Origin: a virus
Reading direction: 5' to 3' (one strand)
Length of the DNA stretch: 64,000 bases
IMG/VR virus record: IMGVR_UViG_3300027769_000875
Location: 32,001 to 96,000 of that record
The translations under genes and the position numbers were made by a program. This document shows positions 1 to 9,382 of this stretch, piece by piece. Below the pieces are notes generated by a model. That model ran no database searches and had not been told where the DNA came from. It saw nothing but the letters and a program-made list of their open reading frames with translations. Every line of letters starts with the position of its first letter. Position 1 is the first letter of the stretch.

Positions 1-150
1 AGGTATAGCTGCATGAAATCCAGATGCACCACCACCACTACCACCAGTGTATTGTGGTATATTTAAAGTATCATTTATCAGTGTAGCTGGACCACTAGAA
101 CCTGTAGTAGTAAGATTTATTTTTTGTCCAATATTTATACTTGTACTCAT
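1..150 (-). CDS. Tail fibre-like protein, N-terminal part (runs off window start)
   Basis: Not in ORF track. ATG at 150 overlaps the upstream TAA (TAATG). Reads MSTSINIGQKINLTTTGSSGPATLINDTLNIPQYTGGSGGG...; the LTTTGSSGxATL..TLNIPQY motif resembles phage fibre proteins. Confidence 0.65.
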   Translation of the reverse strand, partial: MSTSINIGQKINLTTTGSSGPATLINDTLNIPQYTGGSGGGASGFHAAIP

Positions 151-320
151 TACGCTTTTTTTTCAACAACCACTTCTTCAGTTGGTATGATTTCAACTAA
201 CTCATTAACTTTATTGATGGCCTGAACAATAGTTGATGCATCGCTCAAGCTAAATACTCCTGCTTTTGCAGATGCCTCAAGTGCTTGAACTAAGACTTGA
301 ATTGCTTGATCCTTATTCAT
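150..320 (-). CDS. Small hypothetical protein (56 aa), tail-fibre associated
   Basis: Not in ORF track. MNKDQAIQVLVQALEASAKAGVFSLSDASTIVQAINKVNELVEIIPTEEVVVEKKA; overlaps both neighbours in a translationally coupled way. Confidence 0.7.
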   Translation of the reverse strand: MNKDQAIQVLVQALEASAKAGVFSLSDASTIVQAINKVNELVEIIPTEEVVVEKKA

Positions 321-519
321 TGATAATAGTATTAATTTGTTCTGTTTGCTTTGCTGTTAAAGCTGACGCAAACCATTCTTTATTCATCATAATACGCAGA
401 TGCTCAACATTTCTTTCTATTGTTACTGCATCATCTTCATTACGATTGATTAAATCAACGCTGTCAAATGCAGCGGATACGCTTTGAGCTACTTGCTCTT
501 GTGTCATTTCTGTTCCCAT
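313..519 (-). CDS. Small hypothetical protein (68 aa), possible fibre chaperone
   Basis: Start moved to ATG at 519, 2 nt after the fibre stop. The ...AAFDSVDLIN...IERNVEHLRIMM.KEWF motif resembles small proteins that follow fibre genes in aquatic phages. Confidence 0.7.
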   Translation of the reverse strand: MGTEMTQEQVAQSVSAAFDSVDLINRNEDDAVTIERNVEHLRIMMNKEWFASALTAKQTEQINTIINE

Positions 520-521
520 GA

Positions 522-2057
522 TTATGCTAATAAAATTTTGTAATCTGTACCATTTATTTTTACAGACCAAGTTTTTGTACTTGATAAAGATTCTGTTGTT
601 ACTGTTCCTGCATTAATACCTGCTGATCCTACAACAAATTGATTTCCAGCAGTTGCTGTCGCACCTCTACCAATAATAACACAACCGCTAAAATTACCAG
701 TGTTCGTATCATTACCAATTACTGTGTTACTTCCACCAGTGGTATTGGCAGCACCTGAATAAGTTCCAATAAATATATTTCTAATTCCTGTTGTATTTGC
801 TGCTCCAGCCTGATATCCAAAAAAATTATTATCAGTACCAGTTGTGGTATTTTCACCTGCCAAGTATCCCAATGCCACATTTATAGCTCCAGTAGTTAAT
901 CTGTACATTGCATAATTTCCAACAGCAGTATTTTGAAATCCAGTAGTGCTTGTTCTGAGAGTAGCAGTTCCGATGCCTACATTATCACTAGAAGTAGTTA
1001 TACCACCTAAAGCATCTACACCTAAAGCTACGTTATATCCACCAGTTGTACAAGCATCTAAGGCTCCTTGTCCAATTGCTGTATTTTGTGTTCCAGTTGT
1101 GATAAGAGATGCAGAACCATGTCCAACTGCTGTATTTTGGCCACCAGTAGTTAAGGCGCTTAAACTATTGTATCCAACAGCTACATTTGACGTTGCTGTA
1201 GTTAAAGCATCTAAAGTGTCATTTCCAATTGCAGTATTGTATCCACCAGAAGTAGCTAATTTTAAAGCATTTCTACCAACTGCTACGTTAAATTGTGCGT
1301 ATGTAAGTGAATACAGCGACTGATATCCAATAGCAGTATTGGAATCACCACCTAAACATCCCCTTAATGCACCATCACCAAAGGACGTATTTGTTAAAAC
1401 GTTTCCTTTTCCATTATTCCAAACAGTAAGATCAGTTGCATTTGTCTCTACCCATGCAGGAAGACCAGATGCTGGTTTGTTTTTCCACAAAGCTGTTGAC
1501 GATTCATAAGTCAAAACATCATTGTTTGCAAGAGTTCCAGAAGATATTAAAACATCATGTAATTCGTTTAGCTCATAACCATTCTGTATAGCATACAAGA
1601 TGCGACCATTACCATTCTGACTGCGAGTAACAGTACCTATGAATACAGTATGTGCTGGTTGTACTGGTGGTGTTGTGGTCACTTGACCTGCTGTCTGGCT
1701 TAGCCATAGCTTACTACCTATGCTGTACATAGATGTATCTAAGTTATCAACTTCTCCACTGGTAACCACATAGCCTGTTGCGTTGTTAGCTATAGTCTCA
1801 TACACTGCACCAAGGGTCTTACTACTTGTTGGCTCTGTATCTGCATCAGCTAAGAGTATCTCTGGGTGTGTGCCACTTGATGAGGTAGACTTAAGATATA
1901 CAATACTCCCCTCTAGTATTGGTGAGCCTGTCTTGTTGATAACATCAACCATCTCCTTTGATGCACTCAGAACAATGCCAATATCTTGAGGATCATATAC
2001 TGATTTAAGCATGTCACCACTACCAGAACCACCACTAAGTTGTATAAAAGTGCTCAT
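522..2057 (-). CDS. Tail fibre/spike with beta-helix (YadA-head-like) repeats
   Basis: N-terminal GDMLKSVYD motif and a cement-like beta domain, then many 14-aa NTAVGxxALxxxTTG repeats. Confidence 0.8.
   Translation of the reverse strand: MSTFIQLSGGSGSGDMLKSVYDPQDIGIVLSASKEMVDVINKTGSPILEGSIVYLKSTSSSGTHPEILLADADTEPTSSKTLGAVYETIANNATGYVVTSGEVDNLDTSMYSIGSKLWLSQTAGQVTTTPPVQPAHTVFIGTVTRSQNGNGRILYAIQNGYELNELHDVLISSGTLANNDVLTYESSTALWKNKPASGLPAWVETNATDLTVWNNGKGNVLTNTSFGDGALRGCLGGDSNTAIGYQSLYSLTYAQFNVAVGRNALKLATSGGYNTAIGNDTLDALTTATSNVAVGYNSLSALTTGGQNTAVGHGSASLITTGTQNTAIGQGALDACTTGGYNVALGVDALGGITTSSDNVGIGTATLRTSTTGFQNTAVGNYAMYRLTTGAINVALGYLAGENTTTGTDNNFFGYQAGAANTTGIRNIFIGTYSGAANTTGGSNTVIGNDTNTGNFSGCVIIGRGATATAGNQFVVGSAGINAGTVTTESLSSTKTWSVKINGTDYKILLA
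630..1400 (-). repeat. Degenerate 14-aa (42-bp) coding tandem repeats
   Basis: NTAIGYQSLYSLTY / NVAVGRNALKLATSG / NTAIGNDTLDALTTA / NVAVGYNSLSALTTG etc. Confidence 0.9.
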
Positions 2058-2061
2058 TTAT

Positions 2062-2634
2062 TTATGCGTTATAAGTGATAATTAAATATGCCCCAGGATA
2101 ACTAACTGTGTCATAAGCAAATATACCACTAGGATAAGTATTTAAAACTGAGCCAGCATCCATATTTATACTTGTATTTGGTGGTATATCTACATATGTA
2201 ATACCAGAGTCAAAGGACACTAATGCTTTAGCTGTACCAATATTTGCAAACGATACTGAATAGATAACTTCAGATATACTACCAGTTGTGTTATTAGATT
2301 TTATGATAGTTGGATTTATTGAAATACCTGTAGCAGGTCCAGGTGCAGGAGCAGTGGGTGTACCAATTATTCCTGTTTGCTCAACGTACCATTTTTCCCA
2401 ATCTACTTGAGTATATGGAGTGCCAGTTTCATCTAAAATGTCGCCATTATCAATACTTAAGTTATAAAAAGGTTGAACTTGTGCTTGTTCTCTGTAGAAA
2501 ATGATGTCATATACCGCATCATTTAGATTTTGTTTTTTTACAAGAACATTTGATGATGATTCTTCAAATACTGTTTCACTATCATTATCAACAACAAATA
2601 TATAATTTGATGCTTTATAAACTCTATATGCCAT
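2062..2634 (-). CDS. Hypothetical virion protein (190 aa, beta-rich)
   Basis: ORF with A-rich leader and Pro/Thr linker; first gene after an intergenic promoter-like motif. Confidence 0.7.
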   Translation of the reverse strand: MAYRVYKASNYIFVVDNDSETVFEESSSNVLVKKQNLNDAVYDIIFYREQAQVQPFYNLSIDNGDILDETGTPYTQVDWEKWYVEQTGIIGTPTAPAPGPATGISINPTIIKSNNTTGSISEVIYSVSFANIGTAKALVSFDSGITYVDIPPNTSINMDAGSVLNTYPSGIFAYDTVSYPGAYLIITYNA

Positions 2635-2662
2635 TTTGGTTAATTTAAAATGTTAAAATACT

Positions 2663-2677
2663 CTCATTAATAATATA
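2663..2677 (-). promoter_or_regulatory. Candidate phage promoter motif TATATTATTAATGAG
   Basis: TAnnTT..TAATGAG is shared with the intergenic regions at 34942 and 52924, with a variant at 58555. Confidence 0.5.
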
Positions 2678-2701
2678 AAAAGAATTATGCAATAATCAAA
2701 A

Positions 2702-5700
2702 TTACTGATTACGTTTGAGAACGTCAATTCTATAATTAGGATCAAACATATCTCTAAAGTTTTTGATACCAGTAAGGTCAACAATATCTTTTACAATTTT
2801 TGCGTCACCCTTTTCATATGCTCCTGATTTTCTAGAATAGAATGCATCTTTCCAAATAGATTGATACAATTCACTATCATAGTCAGGATCTGCTTCTTCA
2901 CCACCATTCATTGTCATTGCCATACCATACTTGATACCATGATTTAGCATTTTAATAGTAGCTGAAAATTCCCGCACAAATGGAATTGCTGTAGTAAAAT
3001 TCTTAACGTATTCCTGAGAACCTTGTCCAACAGGGAACATTGATACAGTTTCACCCTTTGTACCCCAGATGACCCTAATAGCATTACCTTCAAGCATGCT
3101 GAGTTCCTCATCATCATCATCTCTACGTTTAACAAATGATAGCAACATCATACTGATGATAGTTAATAGTGTCATTGCTATTGCATCTCGTCTTGCATGG
3201 TGTACACGTTTTGCATAGAAGTCACCAACATCCTCTGTTCGTATAACTTTACCTGTCTTAGGGTCTTTGATTACATAAGTTTTTAAACCGCCAGACATTC
3301 CCATCTTAGAAAGAGTATTTGAACCTACCAAAAATTCTTTCATTGTATTTCCTACGCCAAACAACCTCATTGATCTTGCAAATGCTCTCCAGTATCCTAA
3401 TGCCATCTCTGATCCTTCCCAGTTAGGACGTAAGTATCCAAATCTGTTTAAGAATTGTGGAACTAAGAACTTTCTAAAGAAGAATACCATTTTCCCAAGT
3501 ATTCTACTTTCAAATTCTGTTTGGTCATTTCCTGCATAGTTACCTTGTGCTCTACGCATTTCTGAATAGATAATGTTTCTTACACGTTTTTCATCTTCCT
3601 TTGTATAGTTTACATCCTTTCTAATTGCAAGATTACCATTAGCATCTTTATAATAGGCTTGATGTGCAGGTATCATAACAATATTCCCACTAGCATCTCG
3701 CTTAAAAGTTTTTTCACCAGTAACAGGATCAATAGATTCTATTTCCTCAAATCTATAGTTATCCATAACTGCATACATTACTGTAACTGCAATTTCTGTA
3801 TCACCTTTATCTTGAAGCATGTATCCTAGCTCCCCAACCTGAGTAAGCTTTTCTGCCATTCTTCTTTTTCTTGAACCAGAAGAGTTTTGAAAATATTTAA
3901 TAATGTCCTTTTGCGCAGGATTCATCATTCTGTAAAGCATCGTGCTTTCACTTAAGTCAGAAAGTCTACCCCAGTCTTTTAAATAATTTGCTAGAAATCC
4001 ACTATAACCATATACTTTACCTTTTGCAAATAACCAGTTTCTTTTACTATAATGATCACTGTCATTACCACCAGCAGCAAGAAACGCTTGAACATTACCT
4101 GAAGTGTAGTTTTTTGTTTGGTTCACAACATCAAATCCAATTCTGATGAAACTAGTATACTTGAAGAAAGAGTCTACTACTTTCTTCATTTTTCTACTTG
4201 CTTCCTGAGTACTTTCAGTAATACCATATAAGTACTTACCATTTTCAAACTCAATGATCTTCAAAAGGTTATCTATTTCACCAAGCTTTGTTTCAATATC
4301 AATTTTTGTTTTTTCTCCAGTCTGTGGATCTGTTACATAGATTTCACCTTTCAAACGATCTTTTGCTAACTGATTACGTTGAAGTCTGAGAAATTCAATA
4401 AATCCTTTTGACACAGGAGCTACTTCTTGCATTGCAATATTCATGTGTGCTTCAGTGGTCCATTTCATAAATGACCCAACTGCATCAGTAGATTGTATTT
4501 CTTCATCAAGTTGATTAGAAAAACGCATACGTATACGAGCACCAATGTCACCATAGATATTCTCTGACATGTCCTGCTGACCTTCAGCTTTCAAATGTTT
4601 ATCTACAAACGCATTATACTGCTTTGCAAAACCTCTACCAAATCCTTCATTTGCTATACTCTCAACAAGACTAGCAGCAAAACCAGGAACAGTATAACCA
4701 ATTGTTCTACCTTCAATACGCTTTTGCATGCCAAAGAAAGTATCCATCATTGAATTGTAGAACTCAAACATCTGAGGATTCCTCAACAAGTCAAGATATT
4801 TAGCATTGATATTTTTTGTTGGAGCTTTGCCAGGATCAATAACAAAATGTCCTTCATCTGATACTATGATTTCTTTTGGAAGAGGAATACCATCATTACC
4901 TTTAATAAATGCAGGGTTATATGCACCTCTTTCAATTAAAAGTCTACCTGATATATTTAACTCAGTTACCTCTTCAGGATTTTCTTGCAATGCTTCAATT
5001 TCTGAATTGCTAAGTTTTCTACCATCTAATGTCCAATTACCAATACGCAAACGTTTAAGTTTATAGTATTTAGGATTAGGTACAGTTTCCATATATTTGT
5101 CAGCAACAGTGGAAGATGGAAGTCTTTCAAAGTTAAATGACTTAGGAACCTTGTTTGCTTTTATGTCATATCCAGTTGCAATACTTTGGTATTTATTGTA
5201 GTGAGTTTTCTCATACCAATTTCTAAAAGAATTTTCAACCTCACCAAATCTACGTACAGAAAATATGACATTGTTTTCTGCTTCCTCTATTTCCTCTGCA
5301 ACACCTTTTGTTCTTGCAACAGCCAAGTTAGATTGAGCATTATTCATCTCATTGAATGCAGTTTGTAATAGTCTGTACTGTGTGTCAAACTCTTCAATAT
5401 AGTTAGGGTTCAATTGAAATGAAACAAGTTTTCTAATCTCAGCAGATATTTCTGCTACCTTCTTGCGATCTTCTTTGTCAAGTGTACTCTTTTCTGTTTT
5501 CTTACCTTCAATGATATCTTCAATCTCAGCTTCAATTCCATCTAATTCTGAAATCTCTTCATCAGTAAGATACTTTGGATTAAAACGTCCTGCATTTTTA
5601 TAAGGACCCATAATCTTTTTCTTCCTATCTATAAGCTCTTTGATTGTAGGATCACTAGAAACTATTTCTGATCTTTGGTCATAAAGTTCATTGAGTTGGT

Positions 5701-8700
5701 CATACCAATCTGCAGTTGGTCTGGTCACTGTGTTATCCTTATACCACTTATCTAATTTCTCAGGACTATCAGAAAAACGCACACGTGCATTCTTTTCCAT
5801 TACCCTAAAGTAATTATCATTAGTATCAAACTCATACAAATTATCTAACTCATCAAGATACGCAGCATACTCAGGACTTCTCTCTGCAGCCTCCATGCGT
5901 AACTTTTTTGCCTCTGCGTCAAGCTCTTTCAATCTATCAAAGTCAGACTCTTCTAGTAAGACCTCATTACCTCTTCCCACGCTATATAAAATAACTTCTT
6001 GCTCAAGATATATCTCTTGCAACTTATCGCGAATATCTTCTGGTAACTTTAACTGAAGATTATAAAAAGAATCAACGTATGGTAGATTAGAATTTTCTAA
6101 CATCCATGCAATCATTGCACGTTTGTGCTCATCTCTTTCAGATTGTTTTGCTAACAACGCATCCTTTGCTTCTTGTTCAGCCTGTGCATCAGTACCAAAT
6201 TTTTCTTGGTAAAGTGAATACGCCTCATAATATTCTCTATTGAGTATTCTAAGATTTTGCTGAAATCCTCTATAAGCATTTTCATATTCTTCACTGTATG
6301 GTTTTACATACACAAGTCTACGTTGTTGCTTTATTTCTTTTGTTTTAGGGTCTTCATATGAGACAGTAATCCACTCAGAAGTAAGTTTATTTATATCTTC
6401 TAAACTAAATCCTTGATCCTGTAGTGAGCGTAACAATCTATCAAACTTTTGTAACTGAGGGTCTGACATTGTGTTAAACTCAGCTTGAGCCTTATGTTCT
6501 TTAAGCAATGTGGTAAAAGCAGACACTGCTAAATCAGAATTAGATGCTGAAGCAATTGCAGAATCCATCATCCATCCTCCAAGTATTGTATCACCACCTT
6601 CATAAGGGTTTTGCATTCCAGGATAGAATGGTGAGGTATGATCAGTAATACCATTAATGTATTTTTCCATTGCCTCTTCGCTGTACTCAAATCCATTAAG
6701 CAACATTTCAATTTGCATAATACGTTTTTCAACTCTTTGAATTTCAGCAAGAACTATATCTCCATTAGGACCCATTGCTTCTTTTACTTTCTCTTTGAAG
6801 TTTTTATTCATCAAAGAAAAAACAGAATACTTGATTTTTTTATAAATGCCCAACTTTGGATTGCTCTTCAGCATTTCAAGTTGGTTTTTAAGATTTTCTA
6901 ACTCAGGTATAAGAGCCTGACGCTTTTGTTCATTGACACCAGAGAATACTTTTTCTCCAGGTGACATGAGAACTTTAACAGCATTCATAGTACCAATACG
7001 CTTAAAGTCTGACTGTATTGACTCAACAAATATAGATAGTTGTGTTAACCTTTGTCTGACAGGACTTGTTACTGATAACTCACTACCTTCAGCAGACGCT
7101 GCTTCATTTACAACCTCATTCATGAAATCAATGATTGTTGCCAAACTTGCACTCTTGTTAAACGCAATACGTACAGCCTCAAAGTTTTTACTTTGCTCTT
7201 TGCTATCAGTTGTTCCAAGATATAATTGAGTAGCTATTTTTGAAATGTTACTCAATGTCTCTAAATCATTTTCCATCACATTCAACGCATTAAAGAAGTT
7301 TGTTGAATTTAATAGAACTGATGGATTTGTTGTTTTTAACTTTTCAGCAATTTGCTTTAAGTTATTTAGTGTGTCCCTACGTGTTTTTAATAGCTTTTCT
7401 AATTCTTTGTCACGCATTGGTTTGTTTTGAGCATCTTGGATTTCTTGATATGCTTTATCAATCTGACCATTAATGACACTCTCAAGTACAGTTACAAAAT
7501 CCTGCATATTTTTATCAGTAGGATTTATGTCAAACAATTCTTCAGGTCTTTTATTTCTGATTTCTTCTTCAGTATACTCACCTGTTGGAACCTCAATTGC
7601 TACAGCTTTTTTAAAATCTAAAACAACTTTGTTTACTGTATCAATATCGTTAAACCATACACCATCAGTAGTTAGATTAACACTACGTGCTTGGTCATAA
7701 TAATCTTGATCTTCAAATACATGAAGAACACTTCCCTTGTAAGATTTATTATCATCATCAATCTGATACATCAATGCTGATATGGTTTTATTAGCAACAG
7801 GTATATCACTTTGTAATAAGATATTTTCATATACATCCAGTTGGAGCATCCAGGTATCATACGTTGTACGTACAGGAAGTTCTCTGAACTTTTCTGCTGT
7901 ACCTGGCTTGTTTCCAATTGGAAATTCTTTTAACGCTAAACCATACAAAGCTCTATCAACATTTACTTCTTGAGCACCTGTCAATGGATTTCTTTCAACA
8001 AGATATTTTACCTTTTTAGTTTTAAAATCATAGATATGCACTTTACCAACAGCATCAATCATTAGAATATCCAAACGTCCAATGACTTTACTACCTGTTC
8101 TAGATGTACCAACAATAGTTACCTCTGGAAGAATAATATATCCACTTGCATTTTTAGAATTAACATGTGACACAAGGCCCATTGCCATTTCATACATCTC
8201 CTCTTTGGAAAGCTTATCAATATCAAATGGATTTTTCTTTGTGTAATTTTCATACACTTTGTCAAAAAACTCTTGACTATAAACCTGAGCTATTGTTTTA
8301 TTTTTTGCAATTGCCTCCTCTTGTGCAAGTTCTAAAAGTTCATGCATAAATGTACCAAACAACTTAAATGCTTCATACTCTTTAGGATCACCTTTGAATT
8401 CTGAAGAACCAATAAATTTAGACACACTTAATGTTTGTTCAACAGCAGTACCATTTTTGGCTGCTTCTATGTTGCTTTTTAAAAACTCTTGGTATGCATC
8501 ATTCATATCAATAAGCTTTTGCATTGTAGCTTTTTGATTTTTGTTTGCACGAAACTTCATTGTCTCCAAGACCTGGCGTTGTTGTACAGCCCTTGATAAT
8601 TTAAACTGATCAGATGCAAGAGAAAGTTGTTCATCCTTATCCTGAATTCTTAAGTCTTTTAATATTTGCTTTGCCTGCTCAATTGTTGGCACTTCATTGC

Positions 8701-8797
8701 CATTACGTACAAATGCAGTCATTGCATCTGCTTCACTACTCAAGGCTATCACCAAGTCTTTCCAGGCTTGGTCATTTGGATTTGGACATGCACTCAT
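2702..8797 (-). CDS. Giant virion cargo / polyvalent protein with N-terminal PD-(D/E)XK nuclease domain (2031 aa)
   Basis: Motifs FGTFMHELLE, PEVTI, GRLDILMID, IYDFKT, QLDVY (about 7780-8440). Helical body; C-terminal RAQGNY...FFFRKF...LNRF region resembles large polyvalent-protein domains. Confidence 0.8.
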   Translation of the reverse strand: MSACPNPNDQAWKDLVIALSSEADAMTAFVRNGNEVPTIEQAKQILKDLRIQDKDEQLSLASDQFKLSRAVQQRQVLETMKFRANKNQKATMQKLIDMNDAYQEFLKSNIEAAKNGTAVEQTLSVSKFIGSSEFKGDPKEYEAFKLFGTFMHELLELAQEEAIAKNKTIAQVYSQEFFDKVYENYTKKNPFDIDKLSKEEMYEMAMGLVSHVNSKNASGYIILPEVTIVGTSRTGSKVIGRLDILMIDAVGKVHIYDFKTKKVKYLVERNPLTGAQEVNVDRALYGLALKEFPIGNKPGTAEKFRELPVRTTYDTWMLQLDVYENILLQSDIPVANKTISALMYQIDDDNKSYKGSVLHVFEDQDYYDQARSVNLTTDGVWFNDIDTVNKVVLDFKKAVAIEVPTGEYTEEEIRNKRPEELFDINPTDKNMQDFVTVLESVINGQIDKAYQEIQDAQNKPMRDKELEKLLKTRRDTLNNLKQIAEKLKTTNPSVLLNSTNFFNALNVMENDLETLSNISKIATQLYLGTTDSKEQSKNFEAVRIAFNKSASLATIIDFMNEVVNEAASAEGSELSVTSPVRQRLTQLSIFVESIQSDFKRIGTMNAVKVLMSPGEKVFSGVNEQKRQALIPELENLKNQLEMLKSNPKLGIYKKIKYSVFSLMNKNFKEKVKEAMGPNGDIVLAEIQRVEKRIMQIEMLLNGFEYSEEAMEKYINGITDHTSPFYPGMQNPYEGGDTILGGWMMDSAIASASNSDLAVSAFTTLLKEHKAQAEFNTMSDPQLQKFDRLLRSLQDQGFSLEDINKLTSEWITVSYEDPKTKEIKQQRRLVYVKPYSEEYENAYRGFQQNLRILNREYYEAYSLYQEKFGTDAQAEQEAKDALLAKQSERDEHKRAMIAWMLENSNLPYVDSFYNLQLKLPEDIRDKLQEIYLEQEVILYSVGRGNEVLLEESDFDRLKELDAEAKKLRMEAAERSPEYAAYLDELDNLYEFDTNDNYFRVMEKNARVRFSDSPEKLDKWYKDNTVTRPTADWYDQLNELYDQRSEIVSSDPTIKELIDRKKKIMGPYKNAGRFNPKYLTDEEISELDGIEAEIEDIIEGKKTEKSTLDKEDRKKVAEISAEIRKLVSFQLNPNYIEEFDTQYRLLQTAFNEMNNAQSNLAVARTKGVAEEIEEAENNVIFSVRRFGEVENSFRNWYEKTHYNKYQSIATGYDIKANKVPKSFNFERLPSSTVADKYMETVPNPKYYKLKRLRIGNWTLDGRKLSNSEIEALQENPEEVTELNISGRLLIERGAYNPAFIKGNDGIPLPKEIIVSDEGHFVIDPGKAPTKNINAKYLDLLRNPQMFEFYNSMMDTFFGMQKRIEGRTIGYTVPGFAASLVESIANEGFGRGFAKQYNAFVDKHLKAEGQQDMSENIYGDIGARIRMRFSNQLDEEIQSTDAVGSFMKWTTEAHMNIAMQEVAPVSKGFIEFLRLQRNQLAKDRLKGEIYVTDPQTGEKTKIDIETKLGEIDNLLKIIEFENGKYLYGITESTQEASRKMKKVVDSFFKYTSFIRIGFDVVNQTKNYTSGNVQAFLAAGGNDSDHYSKRNWLFAKGKVYGYSGFLANYLKDWGRLSDLSESTMLYRMMNPAQKDIIKYFQNSSGSRKRRMAEKLTQVGELGYMLQDKGDTEIAVTVMYAVMDNYRFEEIESIDPVTGEKTFKRDASGNIVMIPAHQAYYKDANGNLAIRKDVNYTKEDEKRVRNIIYSEMRRAQGNYAGNDQTEFESRILGKMVFFFRKFLVPQFLNRFGYLRPNWEGSEMALGYWRAFARSMRLFGVGNTMKEFLVGSNTLSKMGMSGGLKTYVIKDPKTGKVIRTEDVGDFYAKRVHHARRDAIAMTLLTIISMMLLSFVKRRDDDDEELSMLEGNAIRVIWGTKGETVSMFPVGQGSQEYVKNFTTAIPFVREFSATIKMLNHGIKYGMAMTMNGGEEADPDYDSELYQSIWKDAFYSRKSGAYEKGDAKIVKDIVDLTGIKNFRDMFDPNYRIDVLKRNQ

Positions 8798-8798
8798 T

Positions 8799-9380
8799 TT
8801 ATAAACACTTTATTTTATCAAGTATATCATCGTTATTGTAGTTGAGACCTCTCATGTTTGCAACAAGATCTCTAGCAGCTTTTGCGAATTGATCTATTCT
8901 CATTCTTTGACTGCTCTCACTATAAAGATACTCAATTACCGCAGGAGAAAGGTCAAGATTGGCCATTTCTTCATACATATTGTAAAGAGGATTGTCAGAC
9001 TCTGGGTTATCAAATAAGTATTCATCAGAATATTCTATACCAGCTCTTCTTGCATCTTCCTCTTGAATTGCTCTTGCTTCTATTTCATTGAATGCTTTTA
9101 GATACTCATTGTAATATATTGTAACCAAATCCTGTGATGGATTAAATACAACTTCTTGACCATCCATCATTTCTCTACGATACGCAACGTTGCCTTCAAA
9201 GAGTTTGTTGTTCTTGTTTACAATGCTTTCAGCAACTCTAAATGCTTGAGCCTTGCCACTTGGAAAAGCAGCATTGCTAATAAACAATGTATCAAAAGAT
9301 GTTTGCTGAATGTTCTTTGTTACATTAGGAGCAATTGCTTTTTTGATAATTGATCTTTTTATATCAGTTCTACATTTCAT
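8799..9380 (-). CDS. Hypothetical 193-aa protein with Cys at both termini (possible linker/adaptor)
   Basis: MKC...ILDKIKCL; coupled 1-2 nt from both giant neighbours. Confidence 0.8.
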   Translation of the reverse strand: MKCRTDIKRSIIKKAIAPNVTKNIQQTSFDTLFISNAAFPSGKAQAFRVAESIVNKNNKLFEGNVAYRREMMDGQEVVFNPSQDLVTIYYNEYLKAFNEIEARAIQEEDARRAGIEYSDEYLFDNPESDNPLYNMYEEMANLDLSPAVIEYLYSESSQRMRIDQFAKAARDLVANMRGLNYNNDDILDKIKCL

Positions 9381-9382
9381 AG

